The position numbers and the translations under genes were made by a program. 24,000 bases of DNA from Acidimicrobiales bacterium (lineage in GTDB: Bacteria; Actinomycetota; Acidimicrobiia; Acidimicrobiales; SZUA-35), in contig JBLYYW010000018.1 of the NCBI GenBank assembly GCA_048550155.1, positions 1 to 24,000 on the forward strand. Direction: 5' to 3'. The notes under the pieces are model-generated. The model ran no database searches. It saw only the letters and a program-made list of their open reading frames with translations, and had not been told where the DNA came from. This document shows positions 1 to 9,405 of the stretch, one piece after another. Every line of letters starts with the position of its first letter. Position 1 is the stretch's first letter.

Positions 1-938
1 ACGCTGACCAGCGAAACGTTGATTCCCCGTCGTCGGGCATCGAGTGACTCGACCCGAGCCCGAACCAGATCTCCCTTGGACAGAACGTCCCGGGCCTTGT
101 TCGGTGGTGGGTCACCCATTGCCTTGATTGGCAGATAACACTGTGCGGTCGCAGCCCGAAGGTAGCAACCGTGGCTTGAGTACCTCTCGACGTGACCCTG
201 AATGGTGTCGCCGATGGAGTACTTCGTTACAAACGCCATGAACTCGTTGACGTCGTTGAGATGATGAGGTTCGTTGGCCGGCTCTGTGTGAGTCGGCGCC
301 GGGGTCTTCGGGGCCGACTCGGCGCGCTTGCTCTCAGGCTCAGGACTTTTACGGCCAGTGTTCCCGCCCCTTCTGCCTCTCGACTTCTGTCGAGCAGACT
401 TGGGCTCCGATACCTGCTCATCGGGCGCTGCGGGTTTGGGCTTGGAACGCTTCGTCGCAGTCGTCGCAGCCTTGCTCTTCGCAGCCTTGATGGACTGTCG
501 GCTCTTGGCACCGCGAACCGGTCCTCGCCATGCGAAGACCCACCCCACATTCGGTACCGGCTTTCCTCCGAGCAGGCGCTGCTCCTCGGTGAGAAGCCAT
601 TCGTGTTCTCCGTGGAACTCTTGGAATGAGTCGTTCGACAGAACAACCGCATCTACCTGGGCGGCGACCTGGAGGATGAACGCATCACCTCGACCCACGA
701 CCCCTGCGGGAGGGGTGACGATCGTCCCATCGAGGGTGCGAGCTTCGAACTCTTCCAGCTCGTCAGCTTCGATACGACGAGGGAACGTCGCATCCACAAT
801 GACGGTGATCGGAGCGAACCCCTCTTTGCCAACCGCGCGAACGGCCTCGTCCAACTGGGCGAGGCTTGGTGTGGTTCGACCCTCCGTTGCAATGTTGGAG
901 CCGTCGACCACGAGGTGTTGTGTTCGCTTTGAGGTCAT
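1..938 (-). CDS. Partial CDS (C-terminus runs off the window): NYN/Zc3h12a (Regnase)-like RNase domain, basic linker, then a C-terminal S1-like RNA-binding domain
   Basis: Absent from the ORF track because it is open at the window edge. Manual reverse translation from the ATG at 936-938 gives MTSKRTQHLVVDGSNIATEGRTTPSLAQLDEAVRAVGKEGFAPITVIVDATFPRR...GRGDAFILQVAAQVDAVVLSNDSFQEFHGEHEWL. This shows the DGSN, D-x-F-I and SND motifs of PIN-like Zc3h12a NYN nucleases. A K/R/P/S-rich linker follows, then ...YSIGDTIQGHVERYSSHGCYLRA...LSKGDLVRARVESLDARRRGINVSL, an S1/OB pattern. The frame is open down to position 1. Confidence 0.75.
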   Translation of the reverse strand, partial: MTSKRTQHLVVDGSNIATEGRTTPSLAQLDEAVRAVGKEGFAPITVIVDATFPRRIEADELEEFEARTLDGTIVTPPAGVVGRGDAFILQVAAQVDAVVLSNDSFQEFHGEHEWLLTEEQRLLGGKPVPNVGWVFAWRGPVRGAKSRQSIKAAKSKAATTATKRSKPKPAAPDEQVSEPKSARQKSRGRRGGNTGRKSPEPESKRAESAPKTPAPTHTEPANEPHHLNDVNEFMAFVTKYSIGDTIQGHVERYSSHGCYLRAATAQCYLPIKAMGDPPPNKARDVLSKGDLVRARVESLDARRRGINVSLVS

Positions 939-997
939 GCGGGTTACTAGTGAATCACTGAAGTGTTCTAATTGCTTCGGCATCTTTGCACTAGTTC

Positions 998-1003
998 TAA
1001 CCT
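998..1003 (+). promoter_or_regulatory. Candidate -10 box (TAACCT, TANNNT type) 7 nt upstream of the HAD ATG, suggesting a leaderless transcript
   Basis: TAACCT at 998-1003, then 7 nt (ttcttgc), then the ATG at 1011. No Shine-Dalgarno sequence is present. The region is locally AT-richer and lies between divergent genes. Confidence 0.3.
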
Positions 1004-1010
1004 TTCTTGC

Positions 1011-1637
1011 ATGATCTCTTGTGTCTTATTTGACTTTGGCGGAGTAGTGATCGAGTCACCCTTCATCGCATTTGAGAAATTCGAGGTGGAACGAGGACTG
1101 CCTGCTGGGTTTCTGCGGACGGTAAACGCTATCAACCCCAACGACAATGCCTGGGCCAAGCTGGAAAGAAGTGACATCACAATCGAGGAGTTTGATGCGC
1201 TCTTTGCTTCAGAGTCGGAGCGGCTGGGCTACCTCGTTCGGGGAGGTGAGGTGTTGGGGCTCTTGTTTGGAGCGGTGCGTCCGAGAATGCGACATGTGCT
1301 CGATCTGCTGCCGAGGTTGGGATTTCGCATCGTGTGTCTCACCAACAACGTCGTGACGGATGACGACATGAGGGAAGATATCGCAGATGCGATGACATGC
1401 TTTGAAAGAGTCTACGAGTCCTCGGCGATGGGGTCACGAAAGCCCGAGCCTGAGTTCTACCGCGCGGTTCTCGATGACCTAGGGGTGGAGCCTGCCGAAG
1501 CCGTCTTTCTGGACGATCTTGGGATCAACCTCAAGCCTGCGAAGGCGATGGGCATCACAACGATCAAAGTGACCGATGAGATTCAAGCAATTCGAGAGCT
1601 TGGGGATGTGGTGGGCGTTGACCTGCTCGGCTATTGA
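1011..1637 (+). CDS. HAD-IA family phosphatase, similar to the N-terminal phosphatase domain of soluble epoxide hydrolase / ACAD10
   Basis: ORF 972..1637. The preferred start is M14 (MISCVLFDFGGVV), which places HAD motif I at the N-terminus. LTNN, KPEPEFY and FLDDLGINLKPAKAMGITTIKV match, from memory, the EPHX2 N-domain segment FLDDIGANLKPARDLGMVTILV. Confidence 0.85.
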   Translation: MISCVLFDFGGVVIESPFIAFEKFEVERGLPAGFLRTVNAINPNDNAWAKLERSDITIEEFDALFASESERLGYLVRGGEVLGLLFGAVRPRMRHVLDLLPRLGFRIVCLTNNVVTDDDMREDIADAMTCFERVYESSAMGSRKPEPEFYRAVLDDLGVEPAEAVFLDDLGINLKPAKAMGITTIKVTDEIQAIRELGDVVGVDLLGY

Positions 1638-4600
1638 AATGCCCGTCGCAGCAACGAAGCCTGCTCCTGCATGTGAATAGCACGGGAACCGGTTGCAGGA
1701 CTTCCCGATTCGGTTCGGCTGACCCGACGGATCTTGTGGGTGTCGCCGTGAGCCTCATACAAGCGACCCTTCACTGAGTTCCACGCACCCATGTTCTCGG
1801 GCTCTTCTTGGAGCCACACGATCTCGGTTGCGTTCGGATAACGGCTGAGCGCGGCAGCGATGTCGTCGAAGGGCCAGGGATACAACTGCTCAACACGAAC
1901 AACCGCTGCAGAGATGTCGTTGTCATCGCGATACTGCTCGGCTTCGGCCGCCACCTTGCCCGACGCGAACACCACTCGGCCGACTGCGGTGGCCCGCTCT
2001 ACCGGCGAAGGTTCGAGCACCTCTTCGAAGCTGCCGGAAGTGAACTGGTCGACGCTGTTTCTGGAGTACTTCGCCCGCAGTCCCGATTTGGGGGTGAACA
2101 CGACCAGTGGTTTGTTGATGTCACGAACGATCTGCCGCCGGAGCAAATGGAACAACTGAGCTGACGTGGTTGGGTTTGCAACCTGGATGTTGTCCTCGGC
2201 GCACAAGAGGAGGAACCGCTCGAGACGACCCGAGGAGTGTTCGGGCCCCTGGCCTTCATATCCGTGAGGGAGCAGCATCACCAATGGTGATGCCTCGTTC
2301 CACTTGTCCTCGGCCGCTACCAGGAACTGGTCGATGATGATCTGGGCGCCGTTCACGAAGTCTCCGAACTGTGCCTCCCACAGTGTGAGGCAATCGGGGT
2401 CCACCAACGAATACCCGTATTCGAAGCCGAGGCCGGCGTATTCGGACAACGTCGAGTCGTAGACCCAGAAATCGGTGTCGTCATCCCCAAGTTCAGCGAG
2501 CGGGGTGAACTCGCTGCCATCCTGATAGTGGCTCAACGTTGCGTGCCGATGAGCGAATGTTCCCCGGCGACTGTCCTGTCCAGCAAGGCGTACCGAGGTT
2601 CCTTCGACCAGCAGGGAGCCGTAGGCAAATGCTTCGCCCAGTGCCCAGTCGACCTCACCCGATGCCCACATCTTGTCGCGTGCCACGAACTGCCGCGCGA
2701 GTTTGGGGTGGACCTCGAACCCCTCGGGTACGAACGACAGTGCCTCGTACACCGTGTCCAAGGTTTCCCTGGGGACCGACGTGTCCACGTGGGGGAGCAC
2801 ACCCACTGGGGGCGGCGATGGCTTGGCCAGGATTCCCTCGGGCGGAGCTGACTCTCGAGTGTCGTCCAGTGCCAGCTGCAGCAGCTGTTGGAAATACTCG
2901 ATGGCCTTCTCGGCCTCTTCGATGGACAGCTCACCTCGGTCGATCAGAGCTTGAGTGAAGAGAGTACGAGCGCTGGGCCGTTCGCCGATCTTGCGGTACA
3001 TGACCGGCTGGGTGTAGCTGGGATCATCACCCTCGTTGTGACCGTGACGTCGATAACCGATCATGTCGATAACCACGTCTTTGTTGAAGCGTTGCCGGTA
3101 GGCGAATGCCAGCTGGGCGACGCGCACGCAGGCTTCAGGGTCATCGGCGTTTACGTGGATGATCGGTGCCTGCACCATCTTGGCAACGTCGGTGGAGTAT
3201 TCCGACGACCTGCTGTGGTGCGGGGCCGTGGTGTAGCCGAGTTGGTTGTTGATGATGAGGTGGATGGTTCCTCCGACCTTGTAGCCCTTCACCTGGCTCA
3301 GGTTCAGTGTCTCGGCGACGACTCCTTGGCCGGCGAACGCTGCGTCACCGTGGATGAGAATGGGCAGAATCGGATAGTTGCCCGCATCGCTCTGGTCCAT
3401 GTATGCCCGTGCCATGCCGATCACGACGGGATCGACCGCTTCGAGGTGTGAAGGATTTGCTGCGAGCTCAACTTCCACAGCGTTGCCGTTCCGGCTTGTG
3501 TGGCTACCGGTGAAGCCCAAGTGGTATTTCACGTCCCCCGACCCCTGGATCGCCTCCTGATCGACCGCACCTTCGAACTCTTTGAACAGATCGCGGTGGC
3601 CCTTCTTCATGATGTTGGTGAGCACGTTCAGTCGACCACGGTGAGCCATACCGATGATCCCGCGTTCGATACCCGCATCGGCCGCATCGCTCAAAATGGC
3701 ATCGAGGATCGGGACTGCACTTTCGGCACCTTCCAGGCCAAACCGTTTCTGACCGACGTAGCGGGCGGCCAAGAATTTCTCGAATGCTTCGGCGGTGCTG
3801 AGCCGTTCGAGGATGTGGTGGAGATCTTCGCGATCGAGCCGTGGCGCCGGCACCTCGACTTGTTCCTGAATCCATCGCTTCTCGGTGGGGTCTGCGATGT
3901 GCATGTATTCGACACCGACCGTGCGGCAATACGCGTCACGGAGCACTCCGAGGATGTCACCCAGCTTCATCTGCTTGGCGACGCCATCGATGGCTGCGTA
4001 GATGCCCTCGGTCGTTCCGGTCAGAAATCTTCGATCGAGGTCCCAGATCGTGAGGCCGAACGTGGCCGGGTCGAGTTCGGGGTGGGTTTCCTTGGGCCCA
4101 TCGGAAAGTGGGTTGGTGTTGGCGATGAGGTGGCCGCGGACCCGGTACTGGTTGATCAGAGTGTTCACGCCGTGCTGTTTGGCGATTGCCATGTCGACGT
4201 CGTTGTTGGATGACACCGCATCCTTGCGCCACTGCACAGCTTCGTAGGGAACTCGCATGTCGCCGAAGATCTCGGAGTAGAAGTTGTGCTCACCGAGCAG
4301 CAGCTCATGGACTCGCTTGAGGAACAGGCCAGACTCGGCACCTTGGATGATGCGATGGTCATAGGTGCTCGAGATGGTCATGATCTTGGAGATCCCGAGT
4401 TCGGCCAAGGTGACCGGATCCGCCGCTTGGTATTCGGTCGGGTAGCCGATGCCTCCGAGTCCCACGATGAGACCCTGTCCCGGCATGAGTCGAGGGACGC
4501 TCTGGATCGTGCCGATGGTCCCTGGATTCGTAATCGAGACGTTCGCCCCCATCAGATCATCGACCTTGAGGTTGTTGCTCCTGACCTTGGCGATCGCAGC

Positions 4601-5362
4601 CTCGTAGGTCTCGAGAAACTGTGAGAAGCTCATGTTCTGGGTGTCTTTGAGAACCGGAACGATCAGGCTCCGGGAGCCGTCCGACTTGGCTTGATCGACC
4701 GCGATGCCCACGTTGATCTGGCCGCTCTGGACAACTCTGGGTTTGCCGTCCGAACCGACCGCATAGCTGCTGGCCATCGCCGGGACTTCTTCTCGGATGG
4801 CCCTCACGATCGCGTACCCAATGATGTGGGTGAAGCTCACCTTGCCGCCGCGAACTCTTTTCAAGTGATTGTTGAGCACCTTGCGGTTGATCTCGAGGAG
4901 CTTGGCGGGAACCTCCCTGAAGCTGGTGGCTGTCGGGACCGAAAGGCTTGCCTCCATATTGGTGACGATCCGCGCTGCCGCACCACGTAGTGGGGTGCCC
5001 AGCTCAGGGGCGGCCTCCTTGACGCTGTCGAGCACCTTGGGTGCAGCTGGCGAGGATTCCGGTGCCTCGGCTGGGGGAGCCGCAGCCGGCGCCGCCGGGG
5101 CGGGCGGAACGGTGGCACTGCTACTCGCTCCGTTGGACTTGGACCCGTTCGGAAAATCTGTCGGCGGTGCCGGCGAGTCGGCGTTGAGAGCAGCCGCAGG
5201 CGAGTCCGGACTGGGCGTTGCAGCCGGTGACCCTTCAGCATCGGAGAAAAGGTGTCGCCAGTCCTCGGGAACCGACTTCGGGTTGTCTTTGTAGTTCTGC
5301 GCTAGCTCCTCGACCAGCCACGCATTCGGGCCAAGGGATCTCGGTTCTTCGTTGGAAGCCAC
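1631..5362 (-). CDS. kgd: Multifunctional 2-oxoglutarate decarboxylase/dehydrogenase E1 fused to an E2-like succinyltransferase domain (actinobacterial Kgd/OdhA type)
   Basis: 1243-aa ORF with a GTG start. It has an N-terminal Ala/Pro-rich linker, an E2 catalytic-domain motif (SSTYDHRIIQGAESGLFL) and the long TPP-dependent E1o core (GMAHRGRLNVL, IHGDAAFAGQGVV, LLPHGYEGQGPEHSS). The 3' end overlaps the convergent HAD gene by 7 nt. Confidence 0.95.
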   Translation of the reverse strand: MASNEEPRSLGPNAWLVEELAQNYKDNPKSVPEDWRHLFSDAEGSPAATPSPDSPAAALNADSPAPPTDFPNGSKSNGASSSATVPPAPAAPAAAPPAEAPESSPAAPKVLDSVKEAAPELGTPLRGAAARIVTNMEASLSVPTATSFREVPAKLLEINRKVLNNHLKRVRGGKVSFTHIIGYAIVRAIREEVPAMASSYAVGSDGKPRVVQSGQINVGIAVDQAKSDGSRSLIVPVLKDTQNMSFSQFLETYEAAIAKVRSNNLKVDDLMGANVSITNPGTIGTIQSVPRLMPGQGLIVGLGGIGYPTEYQAADPVTLAELGISKIMTISSTYDHRIIQGAESGLFLKRVHELLLGEHNFYSEIFGDMRVPYEAVQWRKDAVSSNNDVDMAIAKQHGVNTLINQYRVRGHLIANTNPLSDGPKETHPELDPATFGLTIWDLDRRFLTGTTEGIYAAIDGVAKQMKLGDILGVLRDAYCRTVGVEYMHIADPTEKRWIQEQVEVPAPRLDREDLHHILERLSTAEAFEKFLAARYVGQKRFGLEGAESAVPILDAILSDAADAGIERGIIGMAHRGRLNVLTNIMKKGHRDLFKEFEGAVDQEAIQGSGDVKYHLGFTGSHTSRNGNAVEVELAANPSHLEAVDPVVIGMARAYMDQSDAGNYPILPILIHGDAAFAGQGVVAETLNLSQVKGYKVGGTIHLIINNQLGYTTAPHHSRSSEYSTDVAKMVQAPIIHVNADDPEACVRVAQLAFAYRQRFNKDVVIDMIGYRRHGHNEGDDPSYTQPVMYRKIGERPSARTLFTQALIDRGELSIEEAEKAIEYFQQLLQLALDDTRESAPPEGILAKPSPPPVGVLPHVDTSVPRETLDTVYEALSFVPEGFEVHPKLARQFVARDKMWASGEVDWALGEAFAYGSLLVEGTSVRLAGQDSRRGTFAHRHATLSHYQDGSEFTPLAELGDDDTDFWVYDSTLSEYAGLGFEYGYSLVDPDCLTLWEAQFGDFVNGAQIIIDQFLVAAEDKWNEASPLVMLLPHGYEGQGPEHSSGRLERFLLLCAEDNIQVANPTTSAQLFHLLRRQIVRDINKPLVVFTPKSGLRAKYSRNSVDQFTSGSFEEVLEPSPVERATAVGRVVFASGKVAAEAEQYRDDNDISAAVVRVEQLYPWPFDDIAAALSRYPNATEIVWLQEEPENMGAWNSVKGRLYEAHGDTHKIRRVSRTESGSPATGSRAIHMQEQASLLRRAFQ

Positions 5363-5403
5363 GCCCTCAGGCTACTCCTGTGGGTACTAGTGTTTGGAGT
5401 CCT

Positions 5404-6186
5404 GTGATCATTGCGACCTGGAACGTGAATTCGCTCAAGGCGAGGATGCCGCGTGTGGAAGAGTGGCTCGCCGACGTGCAACCCGACGTGCTGTGTCTCC
5501 AAGAGACCAAGATGAAGGACACCGCGTTTCCGGCTCTCACCTTCCAAGGGCTGGGATACAACTCGGTCCATCATGGATTCAATCAGTGGAACGGCGTTGC
5601 CATTCTGTCTCGACTTGACATCGAAGACCCGATCAACGGATTTGCGCCCGGCATCGAACCCGACCCCGATGCCCGGTTGATTTCCGCCACCTGTGGTGGT
5701 GTCCGGGTCCACAGTGTCTATGTGCCAAACGGCAGAGAAATTGGACACGACCACTTCCACTACAAACTCTCCTGGCTCGATCGGCTCGTCGAGCATCTGA
5801 ACGCCACGGTGTCACAGGATGACGATGTGGTCGTTGCCGGTGACTGGAATATCGCTCCATCCGATGACGATGTATGGGCTCCGCGACTGTTCGCGAACTC
5901 CACCCACGTGACACCCGAGGAACGGTCGGCGCTCGGGAGAGTGAAGGCTTGGGGTTTGGTCGACACGTTCAGGAATCGACACCCGGAGGCACAACTCTTC
6001 AGCTACTTCGACTATCAGGCCGGCCGCTTTCACAAGCGGGAGGGCATGCGGATCGACTTCTTGCTTGCGTCTAACTCGCTCGCAGAAACAGGATTTCTCG
6101 ACATCATCGATCGGAATGCCCGAAAGGGAACCAAGCCAAGCGATCATGCGCCCGTGCTCGCTGGATACCGGGTGAGGGCTGCGTGA
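5404..6186 (+). CDS. xthA: Exodeoxyribonuclease III (AP endonuclease, Xth family)
   Basis: ORF 5218..6186. The conserved core starts at the GTG at 5404 (V-IIATWNVNSLKARMP), with GGAG 4 nt upstream. Motifs seen are LCLQETK, GDWNIAP and KPSDHAPV. The start lies only 41 nt from the divergent kgd start. Confidence 0.9.
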   Translation: MIIATWNVNSLKARMPRVEEWLADVQPDVLCLQETKMKDTAFPALTFQGLGYNSVHHGFNQWNGVAILSRLDIEDPINGFAPGIEPDPDARLISATCGGVRVHSVYVPNGREIGHDHFHYKLSWLDRLVEHLNATVSQDDDVVVAGDWNIAPSDDDVWAPRLFANSTHVTPEERSALGRVKAWGLVDTFRNRHPEAQLFSYFDYQAGRFHKREGMRIDFLLASNSLAETGFLDIIDRNARKGTKPSDHAPVLAGYRVRAA

Positions 6187-8402
6187 CCGCCTTTCTCCAA
6201 TCGGGTGCCATATTTGCGGCCGCCGCATCAGAAGTTGAGGCGGGCCAGAGGCTCGTCAACATCCCTCACCACGAGCTACTTGTTTTCTGGGTAGAAATCC
6301 TGTCCCTCTGGGCGGTAGCCAGAATTCTGGGGTCCCTTTCCCGCCGTGTCGGCCTGCCTTCGGTGGTGGGGGAGTTGTCCGCAGGTCTGCTCCTGGGTCC
6401 ATCGATTCTCGGAGTGGTCTGGCCCGCAGGTTTCGATTGGGTCTTGCCTGCCTACGAGCCCGGCGGAGTGCAGGGCAGTCTCCTCCTGCTCGGGGTCAGT
6501 TGGTTCAGCGCAGCCTTCTTGCTCGTCGTTGCCGGGTTCGAAACCGACCTCAACCTCATCACTCGCCTCGGGCGACCCGCACTCCTCGTCACGGTGGGGT
6601 CGATTGTGGTGCCGTTTGCAGGTGGTCTGGTGGTCGGCTCACAGGTCCCTGAGGAGTTCTGGGGTTCGAATACCGATCGCCTGACCGTGACTCTGTTCAT
6701 CGCGGTCAGTGTGGCGGTGTCAGCCCTCGCGGTTGTTGCGAAAGTGCTCAGCGATCTCAATCTCATGCGACGCGACGTGGGTCAGATCACCGTTGCAGCA
6801 GGCATGGCGAACGACCTGGTCGGGTGGATCATCCTCGGCGTGATTTCCGGCCTGGCGGTGTCGGGTGGATTCAACATCGTTGGTAGTGGTCTCACCGTCC
6901 TGGGGCTCGTCGCGTTTCTGGCGGGTGCGCTCACTATCGGTCAGCGCGTGATCGACGCGTCATTGCGAGCGGTCCGACGCGATGGGCCCAACCTGAAGGG
7001 AGCGCTCACGGTTACCTTGGCGGCGATGTTCGTCTTCGGCGTCATCACCCAACTGCTGGGGGTCGAAGCCGTCCTGGGAACCTTCGTGGCAGGCGTCGTG
7101 CTTGCCCGCAGTCGCTACCAACAGGCCGAGGCCGCCCATGTGGTCGAAGACCTCACGTCGGTGGTCTTTGCGCCTCTGTTCTTCGCCACTGCCGGTCTTC
7201 GGGTCGACCTCGGGTTGCTCCGGGGAAATGCGTTGCTGTGGACCGGGATCCTCTTGGGCGTGGCGCTGGGGCTGAAGTTTGCAGGTGCTTTCGGCGGAGC
7301 CAAGCTGGGCGGTCTTTCGACCCGGGAAGGTCTCATCCTGGGCGCCGGATTGAATGCAAGGGGAGCCCTGGAAATCATCATCGCCACGGTTGCCTTGAGC
7401 CTCGGAGTGTTCAACGAGACCGCCTTCACGATGATCGTGATTATCCCTCTCATCACGTCGTTCCTTGCGTCGGTCGGCGTGCGGATGCTGGCCCAGAACT
7501 TGGAGGGGTCAGTCGCCGAACGCGAGCGGCTGGCGCGAGAAGCGGCTCTGGCGAAGAACCTCGTTGTTCGCGGTGGACGAATACTCATTCCATCCGAGGG
7601 GTCAAAGAGCTCCATCGTTGCCTCCCAGGTTGTCCACTTCGCATGGCCCTCTGATCAGGGAGCCACCGTGGTCGCCATCAGCGACGCAAGCGGGAAGGCG
7701 CCAGATCTCGAGCCGATCACCAACACGCTGTTTGGTCGTGAGTGCGAGTTCGTCACCGCCGCCGATTCCGACGCTGCTGAAGCCCTCGTCGCCCAGTCCA
7801 AGCTCGGCTATTCGGTTGCGGCAGTGGGAATCGCCGACCGAGGTGGGGCGATGCTCTCCCAACTGGCCGATGATCTGCTCAGCGAACTCAACATACCTAT
7901 CGTCTTGGTACGCCGAGCTCGGAACACCGGCAACCGTCTGCCCGGCATCTTCGCTCGAGCTCTGGTGCCGGTAACCGGGTCCCAGTCCAGCCGTGCTGCA
8001 CTCGAATTGGCGGGCAATCTCTCGGCCAACCTGGGCACCCAGCTCATGCTCAGCCACGTCATCTACCAGGACGCCCCGACCGGGGTTGGCGGCGTCGGCC
8101 TGGTCGACCGAATCCGAGACGCAGCGGTCGCCAACAGCAAAGACGCTGCGGCCAGTGTCTTGGCCAATGCGTCGGCGCAGGCTCAAGAACTACGAGCCAA
8201 CTTCGAAACCGAAACCCGTTTCGCACCCAGCGTGAGTAGTGAGATCATGCGGCACGCCAACCAGATCGACGCCGACCTGATCATCGTGGGTGCCGAGCCA
8301 CGACGGCTGGAGGGACGGGCCTATCTCGGCCAGAACGTCCAGTCCGTTCTGGACACAGCGCCTCAGACCGTCGTCGTAGTGGTCCTGCCCAGCAGCGAGT
8401 AA
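6183..8402 (+). CDS. Cation:proton antiporter (CPA2/Kef-like) fused to C-terminal tandem universal-stress-protein (USP)-like domains
   Basis: 739 aa. The N-terminal ~430 aa are polytopic, with LPSVVGELSAGLLLGPSILG and GLNARGALEIIIA typical of the Na+/H+ exchanger family. The C-terminal ~290 aa are soluble, with USP-like ends (ILIPSEGSK..., ALVPVTGSQSS..., ADLIIVGAE). The GTG start overlaps the xth stop (GTGA). Confidence 0.85.
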   Translation: MTAFLQSGAIFAAAASEVEAGQRLVNIPHHELLVFWVEILSLWAVARILGSLSRRVGLPSVVGELSAGLLLGPSILGVVWPAGFDWVLPAYEPGGVQGSLLLLGVSWFSAAFLLVVAGFETDLNLITRLGRPALLVTVGSIVVPFAGGLVVGSQVPEEFWGSNTDRLTVTLFIAVSVAVSALAVVAKVLSDLNLMRRDVGQITVAAGMANDLVGWIILGVISGLAVSGGFNIVGSGLTVLGLVAFLAGALTIGQRVIDASLRAVRRDGPNLKGALTVTLAAMFVFGVITQLLGVEAVLGTFVAGVVLARSRYQQAEAAHVVEDLTSVVFAPLFFATAGLRVDLGLLRGNALLWTGILLGVALGLKFAGAFGGAKLGGLSTREGLILGAGLNARGALEIIIATVALSLGVFNETAFTMIVIIPLITSFLASVGVRMLAQNLEGSVAERERLAREAALAKNLVVRGGRILIPSEGSKSSIVASQVVHFAWPSDQGATVVAISDASGKAPDLEPITNTLFGRECEFVTAADSDAAEALVAQSKLGYSVAAVGIADRGGAMLSQLADDLLSELNIPIVLVRRARNTGNRLPGIFARALVPVTGSQSSRAALELAGNLSANLGTQLMLSHVIYQDAPTGVGGVGLVDRIRDAAVANSKDAAASVLANASAQAQELRANFETETRFAPSVSSEIMRHANQIDADLIIVGAEPRRLEGRAYLGQNVQSVLDTAPQTVVVVVLPSSE

Positions 8403-8429
8403 CCCGGTTTGGGCTGCGATGACGAGACC

Positions 8430-9299
8430 CTAGCGCGACGGAACCCGGCCACGCAGCAGCTCGGCAGCGACGCGGTGTCCGGTGTGACACGCCGCCACCG
8501 GATCGCGTTGCCAACCACCGAGTGCGCCCTCGCTGAAGTCATGGGTGAGGAACCCTGCCGCGAACGCATCGCCGGCGCCAGTGGTGTCGACCACCGAGTC
8601 GAGAGCGATCGCGGGTACCTCCTCGACACGGGCTCCCGGCCGATACACCACTGCTGACCGAGGGCCACGCTTCACGATGGTCAGCGCATTCGCGACGGCG
8701 GAGGAAATGCCAAGCGAATTGGCCTCGTCTTCGTTTGCCAAGACAGCGGTCGGGGCGAGCTGGCTGAGGAGCTGTCGGACCCTCGATGAACCCATCTTCT
8801 CGATCAACGCTGCCGAGGAGACATCGATCGACACGGCGATGTTGCGTGTGTGGGACCAGTCGATCAGTTGCAGCGCTGTGTCGCGTAGAGGCCCCGTGAC
8901 CAGTGAGTAGAACGGAACGTGAAGGACAGTAACGGTGTCGAGCCACCAGGGAGCGGGATCCGCGAGTTCGAGGCACGCCCTACGGTCGGTCAGCATCGAT
9001 CGTTCGCCGGACTCATCGACAATCACCAGAACCGTCCCGGTCGAACCGCCCCGCCGAACCGCCGTCATGTCCACGTTGAGGGAGATCAGCTGCCCGAGCA
9101 GAGCGTCACCGGTAGCATCCGCACCCACCTGGCCCAGGAAGCGCGCTGGTGCGCCTCGTTCTGCCGCCGCGACCGCTACGTTCGCGGCGCTTCCACCTGG
9201 CCGCCGATGAATTCTCGCTTCGGTATCAGATGCCCATTGAAGTGGGCCGTCGAGTCGTGCCACGATGTCGTCGACGAGGTCACCGAGAGTTGCCAGCAT
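8430..9299 (-). CDS. PfkB-family carbohydrate/ribokinase-like kinase
   Basis: 289 aa with GGSAANVAVAAA near the N-terminus and the PfkB signature VVDTTGAGDAFAAGFL near the C-terminus. Confidence 0.85.
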   Translation of the reverse strand: MLATLGDLVDDIVARLDGPLQWASDTEARIHRRPGGSAANVAVAAAERGAPARFLGQVGADATGDALLGQLISLNVDMTAVRRGGSTGTVLVIVDESGERSMLTDRRACLELADPAPWWLDTVTVLHVPFYSLVTGPLRDTALQLIDWSHTRNIAVSIDVSSAALIEKMGSSRVRQLLSQLAPTAVLANEDEANSLGISSAVANALTIVKRGPRSAVVYRPGARVEEVPAIALDSVVDTTGAGDAFAAGFLTHDFSEGALGGWQRDPVAACHTGHRVAAELLRGRVPSR

Positions 9300-9370
9300 C
9301 TCCTCGACCCTAGACCTGGCCGGACAGGGACAGTTCCCCGAATGGAGTTGATGCAGCTCTGGACAGGGAA

Positions 9371-9405
9371 AACAGCTCTCGTTCAGCTGTTCAGATTATG
9401 TTCAG
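9371..9405. promoter_or_regulatory. Candidate operator in the divergent pfkB / repeat-protein intergenic region: a perfect 7-bp inverted repeat plus three GTTCAG direct repeats
   Basis: AACAGCT(9371-9377)-N7-AGCTGTT(9385-9391). GTTCAG occurs at 9381, 9389 and 9400. GGACAGGGA occurs at both 9322 and 9361. Confidence 0.3.

Noticed and set aside
1011-1031. HAD motif I reads DFGGV rather than DxDGV, so the second Asp is missing; considered as possible inactivation.
   Set aside because: Several active HAD phosphatases carry a non-Asp residue at D+2 (for example the YihX-type DLGNV motif), so this is not evidence of a pseudo-enzyme.
5218-5403. N-terminal extensions in the longest-ORF calls: xth 5218, malic enzyme 13289, PH-SHOCT 13388, DUF389 16916, BMC-H 22571 and BMC-P 22147.
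   Set aside because: The extensions overlap neighbouring genes or promoter regions, are Arg/Pro-rich with no homology, and family-typical N-termini with an RBS or leaderless -10 box occur at the internal starts reported in the features.
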